Shown piece by piece: positions 9,382 to 19,338 of a stretch of 64,000 nucleotides of DNA. The stretch spans positions 32,001 through 96,000 of the forward strand of contig CBDFFH010000020.1 of NCBI GenBank assembly GCA_965246715.1, read 5' to 3'. The notes beneath the pieces are model-generated. The model saw nothing but the letters and a program-made list of their open reading frames with translations. It ran no database searches and had not been told where the DNA came from. Position numbers and translations under genes: made by a program. Numbering within the stretch: the stretch's first letter is position 1; every line of letters starts with the position of its first letter. The DNA comes from Chamaesiphon sp. (GTDB lineage: Bacteria > Cyanobacteriota > Cyanobacteriia > Cyanobacteriales > Chamaesiphonaceae).

Positions 9382-10286
9382 GAGGATGTTTGAAAAGTCA
9401 GTTGGTAAAAAAGCTCACTCGGTATAGACTACAGATAGATAATGAGTAGTGCTAAGTGAGCAGAATGAGTAAAGCATATCCTAGTAACCTGACCACAGAC
9501 CAATTTGAATTAATTAGTGGGATGATTCCAGCACCAAAGCCAGGTGGTCGTCCACGAGAGGTGGAGATCGCAGAGGTAATCAACGCAATCTTCTATCTAC
9601 TGTGTGAAGGATGTCGTTGGCGAGCGTTACCAGGAGATTTCCCAGCATGGCAGACGGTATATACTTATTTTCGAGACTGGCGCAAGGATGGAACATGGGT
9701 CAAAATCCACGATCGGTTGAGAGCATGGGTAAGAATAGAACAAGAGCGTCAACCCAGCCCATCAGAGGCTGCAATCGATAGCCAAAGTGTCAAAAGTGCC
9801 GCAATGGTCAGTGAGGCAGTTGGTTATGATGCAGGTAAGCAAATCAAGGGCAGAAAGCGGTTTGTGACAGTAGACACACTCGGCTTAGTCTTACGGGTAT
9901 GGGTGACAGCAGCCAATATCACTGAACGAGATGGTGGCATCCAAGTGTTGAAAAAAGTCAAACAAATGGGTCAATCGGTATCTCGACTGCATACAATTTG
10001 GGTGGATGGTGGTTTTAGTGGTGAGAATTTTCTGCACTTGGTAATGGATGTCTGTCATTGGCTGGTGCAGGTCGTGCTGCGACCAAAAGAACATAAAGGA
10101 TTTGTGCTATTACCTAAGCGTTGGGTTGTCGAACGTACCTTTGGTTGGTTAATGAACTGTCGGCGATTGACCAGAGATTATGAGAAACTACCTGAAACAT
10201 CCGAGACATTTATTTATCTGGTGATGATCCGTATAATGGTGCGGCGTTTAGCATAAAATTTGACCAGAAACTTTTCAAACATCCTC
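9382..10286 (+). mobile_element. IS5-family (IS1031-like) insertion sequence
   Basis: TIR gaggatgtttgaaaagt / acttttcaaacatcctc; flanks TAA and TTA. Confidence 0.9.
9456..10256 (+). CDS. IS5-family transposase
   Basis: YPSNLT..GCRWRALPGDFPAWQTVY; IDSQSVK; RWVVERTFGW. Confidence 0.95.
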   Translation: MSRMSKAYPSNLTTDQFELISGMIPAPKPGGRPREVEIAEVINAIFYLLCEGCRWRALPGDFPAWQTVYTYFRDWRKDGTWVKIHDRLRAWVRIEQERQPSPSEAAIDSQSVKSAAMVSEAVGYDAGKQIKGRKRFVTVDTLGLVLRVWVTAANITERDGGIQVLKKVKQMGQSVSRLHTIWVDGGFSGENFLHLVMDVCHWLVQVVLRPKEHKGFVLLPKRWVVERTFGWLMNCRRLTRDYEKLPETSETFIYLVMIRIMVRRLA

Positions 10287-10609
10287 TTAAGGATATCCCA
10301 TGTTAACTAGACTAATTGCTGCTCGTCAACACTTTATTTGTTTGCTAAATGGAGAATTTGAGAACCGAAAATTTTCGATTGGTGAGGCACTGATAGAAGT
10401 CTATTATGAATTCTTTGCTCTGTAACGAATTTCGAGGCTGTTTGTCACGAAATCTAATCCAAATCCACACTTTTAATGATTATTACCAGTCGCCGATCGT
10501 AATTGGTATTTTGTGGTGAGATCGATTAGTTATGCTACTACCCTGTCGGTAAATTATTTAACTCCCACTCAAAGTTAATTCGAGTGGGAGTTCTATTGAA
10601 ATATTTAGT

Positions 10610-11161
10610 ATGGATTTATCAATTTTACCAGATGACCAGTTACTCCAATTAATTGAAGCTGTAACCAAAGAAGTTGCCAGACGTGCGATCGCTATTCAAG
10701 CTGCTACTGAAAAATATTGGCAAGATACGAAGGAAGAGATTCTGAATCATCCTAATAATGTTGCCTCTCAACCTAGAGCTGACTCACCCACTAGCACTAG
10801 TGATGACCTGACTAAAGCAACAGTAGCTAGGTTGCTTAAAACTGCTGATTTCTTTAGGAATTATCAACATCATGCTTTTTCAGTAAATGTTTGGGAGAAG
10901 CAAGGAGATATCCGTCTATATCTCCAAGAAAGTTTCAAAGCTGATGGTTGGAAATTTGTTTACTATCACACGGGAAATAGATATCAAATTCCAGAGACAG
11001 TTAATGCCCCAGACCTCGATTCAGCTAGTATCTGTGCGTTCAGAAGTCTGGCGAGGATGCTCTGTAACGAGCTGCCATCAGGTTTTAAATGCTATGCCAA
11101 TGACGATATCAAACATCCGATTAATCCTACCCTATTACAACAATATCGGAGTCAAATATGA
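10610..11161 (+). CDS. Hypothetical protein
   Basis: 183-aa ORF; stop overlaps next start (ATGA). Confidence 0.7.
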   Translation: MDLSILPDDQLLQLIEAVTKEVARRAIAIQAATEKYWQDTKEEILNHPNNVASQPRADSPTSTSDDLTKATVARLLKTADFFRNYQHHAFSVNVWEKQGDIRLYLQESFKADGWKFVYYHTGNRYQIPETVNAPDLDSASICAFRSLARMLCNELPSGFKCYANDDIKHPINPTLLQQYRSQI

Positions 11162-11748
11162 GCGGTTTAATTAACCCACTAGCAGCGATTATTCAACAAG
11201 CATCCAGATTACCGGATACAGGTATGGCTGCTAATTATCACCAGCGGATTGGGACTGGAAATCCCGATATTTGGTGCTTGCTACTAGATACTTCAGGATC
11301 GATGGATGCTGAGTGCAAAGGCAAAGAACGTCGGATTGATGTGCTACGAAAAGCTGTGGAAGGTCTAGATTGGCGTAACTACAAGCTATTTACCTTTGAC
11401 TCTGTAGTTGCTGAAATCACTAGTCCCGACGGTTTATGGCGATGTGGTGGCAGTACTGCTTTAGATCTAGCACTCGATCGAATTGTTGCCCTCAAACCAG
11501 CTCGTACCGTGGTGATTTCTGATGGTGAGCCGAATAGCGAACCAGAGGCGATCTCCTCTGCGAAGCGATTAACTGGCACCATTTCTACGATCCACATTGG
11601 TGACGATCGAGATCGGGATGCGATCGCGTTTATGCGAAAACTGGCGGAGCTAGGCTGTGGCAGTACCTACATCCAGGATCTCGGTCGAGGTCATGTGGAA
11701 CTAAGTGCCACTATCGATCGATTGATGCTGCCACCTTCAAGATCTTGA
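11158..11748 (+). CDS. vWA-domain protein
   Basis: MIDAS motif LLDTSGSM; GGST; VISDGEP. Confidence 0.88.
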   Translation: MSGLINPLAAIIQQASRLPDTGMAANYHQRIGTGNPDIWCLLLDTSGSMDAECKGKERRIDVLRKAVEGLDWRNYKLFTFDSVVAEITSPDGLWRCGGSTALDLALDRIVALKPARTVVISDGEPNSEPEAISSAKRLTGTISTIHIGDDRDRDAIAFMRKLAELGCGSTYIQDLGRGHVELSATIDRLMLPPSRS

Positions 11749-11828
11749 GATCCCAGATTGATGAGCACAGTAACACTTAATACCTAGTCAGCGATCGATT
11801 GCTGGCTTTTTTGTACCTATTCATATTT

Positions 11829-12176
11829 ATGAGTCGAAAAAAACATCGTTGTCAGGGACAAATTAGCCTGTTTCCAACTCCATCCTTGCCCGAACGCAGC
11901 ATTCTAGAACAATGCCTGTATCAGTCCTTACATAGCACGGCAGGAGCCAAAGAGCGGTGGGAGGAAATCAGAGCATTGCAACCCACCGATGTCGAAGTAA
12001 AACGTGCAATTGCCTACGAATTCGGTATTTATGGCGGTAGTACTTATCCACAAATGCACGCCCATGCGGGTGGGGCGAATCCAAAATTTTGGATGGACGA
12101 TGTAAATCTATGCAATCCACCAACTCTAACGGGGCAACCACTTATCGATTTAGTTAGAGAAATACTAGATTTATGA
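11829..12176 (+). CDS. Hypothetical protein
   Basis: ORF downstream of a hairpin-T-run leader. Confidence 0.6.
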   Translation: MSRKKHRCQGQISLFPTPSLPERSILEQCLYQSLHSTAGAKERWEEIRALQPTDVEVKRAIAYEFGIYGGSTYPQMHAHAGGANPKFWMDDVNLCNPPTLTGQPLIDLVREILDL

Positions 12177-12247
12177 GAAACAAAAATATCTTAATTACCC
12201 AGTCATGCAATTAGAATTTTTTCCTAAACTAAAAGTAGAAATTAAAT

Positions 12248-12526
12248 ATGTACGAATCAGAAAATAAGAAAGTACAAGAAATCGTTCGGATCGTCCAAAT
12301 ACAAGGTTGTACGATCGAGGGCAAGAAAATTACTCTAAATGACTTAGATCGCCTTTGCCAAGATCTCAATCGATCGGATAAAGCAGAAATTGCAGATTTA
12401 GTAGGGAGTATTATGGGCGAACTAGAACATCTGTATAGCGAACGACAATACTTAAATGACAGTATTAAGCCTTTGGAGGCTACTAAAGAGAAATTAGCGC
12501 AAATAATAAATCTCAAATTAGATTGA
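12248..12526 (+). CDS. Small coiled-coil hypothetical protein
   Basis: 92-aa ORF. Confidence 0.55.
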   Translation: MYESENKKVQEIVRIVQIQGCTIEGKKITLNDLDRLCQDLNRSDKAEIADLVGSIMGELEHLYSERQYLNDSIKPLEATKEKLAQIINLKLD

Positions 12527-12686
12527 AGATAATCAGTGTCAATTCAGCCTCTCTCGATCTATTTTAAGCTAAACTTACCGCCTTCCTAATGGAGGCCGCA
12601 GGAATTATCTAAAACTAAAGTCAAATCGAATTTCGCCAGCAATTAGTAATAGTTGCTGGCTTTTTTGTGTCCATTTATCGCTAAAT

Positions 12687-15600
12687 ATGATGATTACTCA
12701 AGCTCAAACTCAAACTCAAGTAGCTGTCACCGAATTAGCCGCTAAATTAATTGCTGGTAACAGGTTGACTCAAGATGTTGTCATCGAATTGATGAGCGAT
12801 ATCTGTGGTGGTGGCGCAGCAATGGGACGGTGGAATTGGAAGCAAGCTACCGATTTAATTGAAGCAGCAATGGTTAGTTCGATCCTCACGGGCAGTTTTA
12901 CCACGATCGAGGATTTCATGGATCTTCAGGCTCTAGTTCCTCACCACCAGATCCGCTCGGAGGAACAGATCCAGTTGCAACAGTTCTCAACTCCCCTCTC
13001 ACTCGCCTGGATTGTCGCGCGACTGGCTCAAATCAAGGAAAGCGACATCCTGCACGAACCGAGTGCGGGGACGGGGATTTTGGTGGCGGCGACGATTAGC
13101 CGACTCAATGGCGCATTCCCTCACAAAATTGTCCTCAACGAGATTTCTAAGTCTCGCAATGCCTTACTCCACGAACTATTCCCTACCTGTGGCTCGATTT
13201 ACGCTGTGGATGCAGAGCATCTCAATGATGTGCTGCCCCAAGGAGAACAGCCAACCTTGATTGTGATGAACCCGCCTTTTAGTGCCTCAGTTGGCAGAAG
13301 CAAGCGAAATCCCGACGCTTGCCTCAAACACCTGAGATCGGCTCTATTGAGACTACAACCCAATGGCAGACTGGTGGCAATCGTCGCTCATTGGCTCTCC
13401 CCTGAAAAGTACCCCGAATACTTTGCCAGCCTCCCCGCTCAATTACAACTGAGTTTATTTGTAGATGGCAGTCACTATCGCTATCACGGTACCTCGATGG
13501 ATGTCCGCATTTTGGTGTTCGATAAGATTACCAAGGTAGAACCGATTAGATCGATCGATCTCAAGTTCTCAGTTACTGCCAAAGAACTGGCAAGTTTGGC
13601 AATGGAAGCCACACCGAGCCGTCAGACTGTCAAATATTGGGAGCGGGAGGAACTATTGATGGCTGCTGCCGCTGCTGCCCCCAACCCCTTTGTCGAACTG
13701 CCCTTATTCCAACTGGGATTGCAACCACAGTTAACCATCATCCCCGTTATCGATTCCCTTGCAGATCCGCGCCCAGAAAAGATCGTGCAGGTAAATAAGC
13801 CTGAACCTGTTGTCGAGATCGCGTTAGATGGATTTGGTGAATTGGCGCGATTAACTTATCAACCCGCCGTCAAACAAGAAGTCGAGACAATTGATGCCGT
13901 ATATACACCGTATCAAGCCAGTGCAATTCATATCCCTGGCGCGGCACCACATCCTACCCCCCTGGCAGAATCGATCGCAATGGCGGCGATTAAGGCTCCC
14001 TATCCTACTGTCCAACCACTGCTGCCCAAGCGGATTCTAGCGGCAGGATTAGCCTCACACCCACAACTGGAAGCTCTAATCTACGTTTGCGAGGCACATA
14101 GTAAATTTCTGGATACCCGTTGGTACATCGCCGAGAATAAACAGATTGCTGTCGCCAATCCCGACAATCCCGACGGCAAATATCACCGCCAAGCAGCCAG
14201 TATCGGCGATTCTACGGGCGTAGGCAAGGGCGTGGAGGCGGCTTTGATTATCCTTGCCAACTGGTGTGAGGGGCGCAAGAGAGCGATTTGGGTGAGTAAA
14301 AATGAAGCTCTCCTTGAAGATGCTCGGCGTGATTGGCAACGGTTGGGCGGTAGTTCCCATCAAGTCGTTCCCTTATCGAAATTCAAGCAGGGCGAATCTA
14401 TCTGCTTGTCTGAAGGCATCCTATTCGTGACTTATGGAGGGTTGCGGAGTCCGGCTAAGGGCAGTAAGAAATCCAGAGTAGACCAGATTATTGACTGGGT
14501 GGGTGAGGATTGGGATGGGGCAATCTGTTTCGATGAGGCGCACATGCTGGGAAATGCGGCTGGTGACGATGGAGAACGAGGACAAACCAAAGCTTCCGCT
14601 CAAGCGTTGGCTGGTACCCAATTAATTAACCATTTAGCCAATGCTAGAGTCACTTATCTGAGTGCGACGGGTGCGGCTAAGGTTTCGAGCCTCAGCTATT
14701 ACCAGCGGATGGGATTATGGCAGACTAAAGCTTTCCCCTTTGCCTCCAGAGCGGCGTTTATCAGTGAGATGGAAGCATCCGGTACATCTGCCCTGGAGTT
14801 AGTCGCTCAAGATCTCAAGCGATTGGGGATCTATGTCGCCAGGACGCTGAGTTTTGAGGGGGTGAAGTTTGAAACTGTCGTTCATAAACTAACGCCAGCA
14901 CAGCGAGAAATTTGGGATACCTATGCCCACGCCTTTGTCTATATCCACCACCAAATCGATGAAGTTCTCCGATCGATCGGGTTGGAAAATGAGAGCGGTA
15001 AATGTACCAACGGCAGAGCTAAAGCAGCGGTTAGCAGTCAATTCGAGTCTGCCAAACAACGCTTTTTTAATGCCCTATTATGCGCTGCTAAAACTGACAC
15101 TTTAATCGAATGGATCGAACGGGACTTGGCTGAAGGTCGCTCTTGTGTGATTCAAATTGTCTCGACGAATGAGGCTCTAATGAATCGCAAGTTAGCCGAT
15201 ATTCCCACCAGTCAGTGGGGAGATATGCGGGCTGTCGATTTCACCCCCAGAGAAAATATCATCGACTATTTGATGAACTCCTTCCCCATCAACCTCTATC
15301 AAACCTATGTAGACGACAGCGGCGCGACTAAAAGCGAATTGATGACCGACCCCGAAGGTAATCCCATTGTCTCCCAAGAGGCACTAGCACTGCGAGATGG
15401 ACTGATCGAGCGGATGTCGGTACTCCCCCCTGTGAACGGACTGTTAGACCAGATCAACTGGCATTTTGGTCATCACCAGGTTGCAGAAATTACTGGGCGC
15501 AGTCAGCGGATTATCCTGGAAGACGGACGGTATCAACTAGCTCAACGTCCTGGCGCGAGCAATCTTGCCGAAACTGCTGCGTTCCAATCTGGCGAGAAAC

Positions 15601-17015
15601 GAGTGCTGATTTTCTCCGCTGCGGGGGGTACCGGACGCAGTTATCACGCCGATCTCGCTTGTGCCAACCAACAATTGCGCCGCCACTATCTAGTCGAGGC
15701 TGGCTTCGAGCCGATAGTTGCTTGCCAGGGGGTCGGCAGATCGCACCGCAGCAATCAAGCCCAACCGCCAGAAATCGTCTTGCTCACCAGCGATGTCAAG
15801 GGAGAATTGCGGTTTACAGCGACGATTGCCAGCCGTCTCAGTTCCCTGGGTGCCATTACTAAGGGGCAGCGCAACACGGGGAATAATGGGCTATTTCGCG
15901 GCATTCTCGACTTCACCAGCCCCTATGCTAAGTCAGCCCTGGCAGAGTTCTTTGCCGACATGAACGCTCAAGGAATCGATGGGATTTCACCAGCAGAATT
16001 TGCCGAATATACCGGACTCAAACTCCTGAATAAGGACGGGAATTTATCCGACAATCTGCCCAAGATGAACACCTTCCTCAATCGGCTCTTAGCTCTCAAA
16101 ATCGACCTCCAAAATCGGTTATTCGCCGACTTCGAGCAACGGATTCTGGAGCGGATCGCCCAAGCTAAAGCCAATGGCACATTCGAGCGTGGCGTACAGA
16201 CAATTTGGGCGGAGGGTGGATTTGAGGTAGTCGATACCCAATTATTGAGTACCCACTCTTCTGGCGGTGAAACGATCTGCTATGCAATTGACAAACTGAA
16301 TAAACCGAAGCAGATCTCGGTCGAACGCGCCCAACAAGCCGCTCTCCAATCTGGTTTCCGCTATTACCGTCATATTAAAAATGGTAATTTAGCGATCGCT
16401 CACATTACCGACCAGCATACCCACCGTGGCAATATTGTCGATATAGTCACTCTCTACCACCCAGTTCATGCCAAAACCTATCAACGACTGGATAAACCGG
16501 ATTTCGATAAGGTCTGGATGCCCGAAATTCCTAACGGTCAATATTGGCGACAGTGGCAGCAACTGATCGATTTGGCACCTGAGTTCGATCGAGAACGGAT
16601 CTATCTGTGCTGTGGATTGTTGCTGCCAATCTGGGGACAATTGCCAGGAAGTCCGCGTGTCTATCGACTCCAGACTAACGATGGTCGGTTGCTGCTCGGA
16701 CGAGAAATCGACAAGCTGAAAATCGATAAGGTGTATCGAGATTTTGGGATTGCTGGTGAGTCTAAACTGACTGCTGACGAAATCTTCCAACTAGTTTGGG
16801 AACGCAATGAGGTGACATCGGCGGGACAGTGGCAGTTACAGCGGAACTACTATAAGGGGGAAGATCGGTTGGAAGTAGTGGCTGTTTATGGTAGCGATAA
16901 AATCGATTGGCTCAAGGCTTTGGGCTGTTTTACAGAGATTATCAACTATCGGACTAAGGTGTTTATTCCGGTAGATACTGCGATCGAAATTATCGCCAAG
17001 CTCATCGCAATTTAA
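12687..17015 (+). CDS. Methyltransferase / strawberry-notch-like SF2 helicase fusion
   Basis: QQFSTP, EPSAGTG and MNPPFS (N6-adenine MTase); GDSTGVGKG, FDEAH, LSATGA, GTGRSYHAD, GRSHRSNQ (strawberry notch). Confidence 0.92.
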   Translation: MMITQAQTQTQVAVTELAAKLIAGNRLTQDVVIELMSDICGGGAAMGRWNWKQATDLIEAAMVSSILTGSFTTIEDFMDLQALVPHHQIRSEEQIQLQQFSTPLSLAWIVARLAQIKESDILHEPSAGTGILVAATISRLNGAFPHKIVLNEISKSRNALLHELFPTCGSIYAVDAEHLNDVLPQGEQPTLIVMNPPFSASVGRSKRNPDACLKHLRSALLRLQPNGRLVAIVAHWLSPEKYPEYFASLPAQLQLSLFVDGSHYRYHGTSMDVRILVFDKITKVEPIRSIDLKFSVTAKELASLAMEATPSRQTVKYWEREELLMAAAAAAPNPFVELPLFQLGLQPQLTIIPVIDSLADPRPEKIVQVNKPEPVVEIALDGFGELARLTYQPAVKQEVETIDAVYTPYQASAIHIPGAAPHPTPLAESIAMAAIKAPYPTVQPLLPKRILAAGLASHPQLEALIYVCEAHSKFLDTRWYIAENKQIAVANPDNPDGKYHRQAASIGDSTGVGKGVEAALIILANWCEGRKRAIWVSKNEALLEDARRDWQRLGGSSHQVVPLSKFKQGESICLSEGILFVTYGGLRSPAKGSKKSRVDQIIDWVGEDWDGAICFDEAHMLGNAAGDDGERGQTKASAQALAGTQLINHLANARVTYLSATGAAKVSSLSYYQRMGLWQTKAFPFASRAAFISEMEASGTSALELVAQDLKRLGIYVARTLSFEGVKFETVVHKLTPAQREIWDTYAHAFVYIHHQIDEVLRSIGLENESGKCTNGRAKAAVSSQFESAKQRFFNALLCAAKTDTLIEWIERDLAEGRSCVIQIVSTNEALMNRKLADIPTSQWGDMRAVDFTPRENIIDYLMNSFPINLYQTYVDDSGATKSELMTDPEGNPIVSQEALALRDGLIERMSVLPPVNGLLDQINWHFGHHQVAEITGRSQRIILEDGRYQLAQRPGASNLAETAAFQSGEKRVLIFSAAGGTGRSYHADLACANQQLRRHYLVEAGFEPIVACQGVGRSHRSNQAQPPEIVLLTSDVKGELRFTATIASRLSSLGAITKGQRNTGNNGLFRGILDFTSPYAKSALAEFFADMNAQGIDGISPAEFAEYTGLKLLNKDGNLSDNLPKMNTFLNRLLALKIDLQNRLFADFEQRILERIAQAKANGTFERGVQTIWAEGGFEVVDTQLLSTHSSGGETICYAIDKLNKPKQISVERAQQAALQSGFRYYRHIKNGNLAIAHITDQHTHRGNIVDIVTLYHPVHAKTYQRLDKPDFDKVWMPEIPNGQYWRQWQQLIDLAPEFDRERIYLCCGLLLPIWGQLPGSPRVYRLQTNDGRLLLGREIDKLKIDKVYRDFGIAGESKLTADEIFQLVWERNEVTSAGQWQLQRNYYKGEDRLEVVAVYGSDKIDWLKALGCFTEIINYRTKVFIPVDTAIEIIAKLIAI

Positions 17016-17927
17016 CAATATGCCCACGCTTGTTCGCAAGTTACGAGCAAGCGTCCCCACTTCTAAAAAAATATGATGTCTAGTTGCAGATTCTATCACC
17101 GATTTAATTCAAGAGGTGGACAGCATTGAGTAATAACCAAAAAGTAGATAGTGCTTCAATTCGGATATTTTGCGGGGTGGAAACTTTACCATATACAAGA
17201 GATCGCCGCGTAACTCTCAAAGGGAGTTTTGCCCGATCTGATTCAGAACATTGCCATCTTTTCTATTTACGAAATTGTTGGGGGAGAAAACGTACTTTCT
17301 TTTGGGCGGATCGCAAGCTGGGGATTGCCTACGACAAACATCAAAACTACTTTGTATTGATTGAATGATTTGAAGGCGGTATGAATTTTATGTATAAGCT
17401 CCGATTATTAAGGATGCTAAAACGATCGATATCAATCTCGAAGCTTGCATGTTGTCTTTATTTAATTAGGACAAATAGCCGAACCGATCTAACCGAGCTA
17501 GAGGATAAACTTAAATCGTAAAAAGTTAAAATCTATCTCTATTGAAGTGTGTATGTTTAATAAAGATTCGGCTAAAGTTAGCTTTCCGTGGGTGGCATTT
17601 TTAAGTCAGCCGATAGCTCATCCCACGGCTACATTAATCGTCAATCCAGCTAGATTTAAAAAGCTATACCATATCTGGCTATTAGAAAATTGTTTCAGGC
17701 ACGATCCAACAGCAAGAAGATTTACTAATAAATAAGTGTTGTTTGAGATCCGAAAGTAATTACTGCTGAGAAGAAAATGCTATAATGGGAGTGTGCGAAA
17801 TTTTAAATGTTAACGTTAGCTCATATTTAAGTAAAGACTCTTATCGTCTCGCCCATCATTTGATTCTCTCGATTTGATGCTAATAGCAATATGGGTTAGT
17901 AGTTAAAATCGTATTGGTGAATTTATC

Positions 17928-18332
17928 ATGAAAATCAAAGAGCTTGTTTTAGATAAAATAAATCAAAGTGAGTATGATGTTTTCATGCGTAAAGACTTTT
18001 TATCGATCGGTAGCGATCGACAAGTAGGCATAGTCCTAAAAGAGTTGTGTCAGGATCGAAAATTAATCAAGATCGGTCGAGGTTTATATGCTAAGACCGC
18101 AATTGCTTCCGAACCTCCTCTTGTTGGAGAAGTATACATTCGGATTGGTATAATTCAGGCTGCACGACAAGCCTTGGAGCGATTGGGTTATCAAGTCGTT
18201 CCCACTAGTGCGGGGAACGATCGCAACGATGGAGTGACAACTCAAGTTCCGACGGGTCGAAAAATAGGGATTAAGGGTGGTAAACCAACCCGAAAAATTG
18301 GGAATAAAATTACCTACAAATATGTCAATTAG
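17928..18332 (+). CDS. DUF6088 / AbiEi-like winged-helix protein
   Basis: VFMRKDF..LIKIGRGLYAK..TTQVP pattern; no AbiEii toxin follows. Confidence 0.7.
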   Translation: MKIKELVLDKINQSEYDVFMRKDFLSIGSDRQVGIVLKELCQDRKLIKIGRGLYAKTAIASEPPLVGEVYIRIGIIQAARQALERLGYQVVPTSAGNDRNDGVTTQVPTGRKIGIKGGKPTRKIGNKITYKYVN

Positions 18333-18738
18333 CATTGTATCAATACAAACATTAATTAGGCTAATAGAGATGTTAGAAACGAGATCTAAAGATCTAAAAA
18401 CTCGCGATCGAATGTTTGCCAGCTAAGTCGATAGTTCGCAATAATTATTAAGTTCATCTACCGGAAGCGATCGGATCGAGTCTAGATACAGAGTATAGCC
18501 ACCACACGATCGGGGAAAATTATCCCAAATCGACTCCTGCAATCAATTAGATTCTCTTGCAGAGAGGCTGCGCCAACGGTACATCTGTTACATACCAAGA
18601 GATTCTAGACTTCTCGATCGATTATTGAGCTTGGTTATATTCAATTAAAATATAGTCATAGCCGACAACCTAGAGCCATGCCTATACAGTGAGACACAAT
18701 TGCTCTTTATCTAACACTAGACAAATGAGAGATTCATC

Positions 18739-19338
18739 ATGACTTACACCCCAACCAAAACCCTGACCTTTGCAGACTTCCTCACTCAATACCAAAATAA
18801 CCCCCGCTATGAACTGGCTGACGGAGAAATAATCGACATGGAACCCACAGGACCCCACGAAACCGTCAGCGGTAAACTCGCCATCAAAATCGGCATCGCC
18901 ATCACCCAACACCCCTGGTTTATTCCCCGTAACTGTCTGATTCGCCCCTTCATCGACACAGCCACCGCCCGTCGCCCCGATATTATCGTTTTAGATGAAA
19001 CACAGATCGTCAACGAACCATACTGGGAAAAAGAACCCGTTATTACATTAGGTCGATCGATTAAACTTGTAGTTGAGGTAGTTAGCACCAACTGGGAAAC
19101 AGACTATGCCCGCAAAGTTGAAGAATACGCCCTGCTCGGAATTCCCGAATATTGGATCGTCGATTATCGCGGGTTAGGCGGCGTTGCCTTTATCGGTAAA
19201 CCAAAACAACCCACCTTCACAGTCTGCCAACTCAACGGCGAAGAATACAGCCAACAGCAATATCGCTTAGGGCAACCTATTACCTCCAGCCTCCTGCCAA
19301 ATCTCCAGCTTTGTCTCGATGAAATTCTCCCCCGCTAG
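18739..19338 (+). CDS. Uma2-family (DUF820) endonuclease
   Basis: YELADGEI; RRPDIIVLD; LVVEVVSTNW; EYWIVD. Confidence 0.92.
   Translation: MTYTPTKTLTFADFLTQYQNNPRYELADGEIIDMEPTGPHETVSGKLAIKIGIAITQHPWFIPRNCLIRPFIDTATARRPDIIVLDETQIVNEPYWEKEPVITLGRSIKLVVEVVSTNWETDYARKVEEYALLGIPEYWIVDYRGLGGVAFIGKPKQPTFTVCQLNGEEYSQQQYRLGQPITSSLLPNLQLCLDEILPR

Noticed and set aside
13012..16790. Numerous short alternative-frame and antisense ORFs inside the helicase gene and other long genes
   Set aside because: Shadow ORFs overlapping well-supported genes, with no recognisable motifs.
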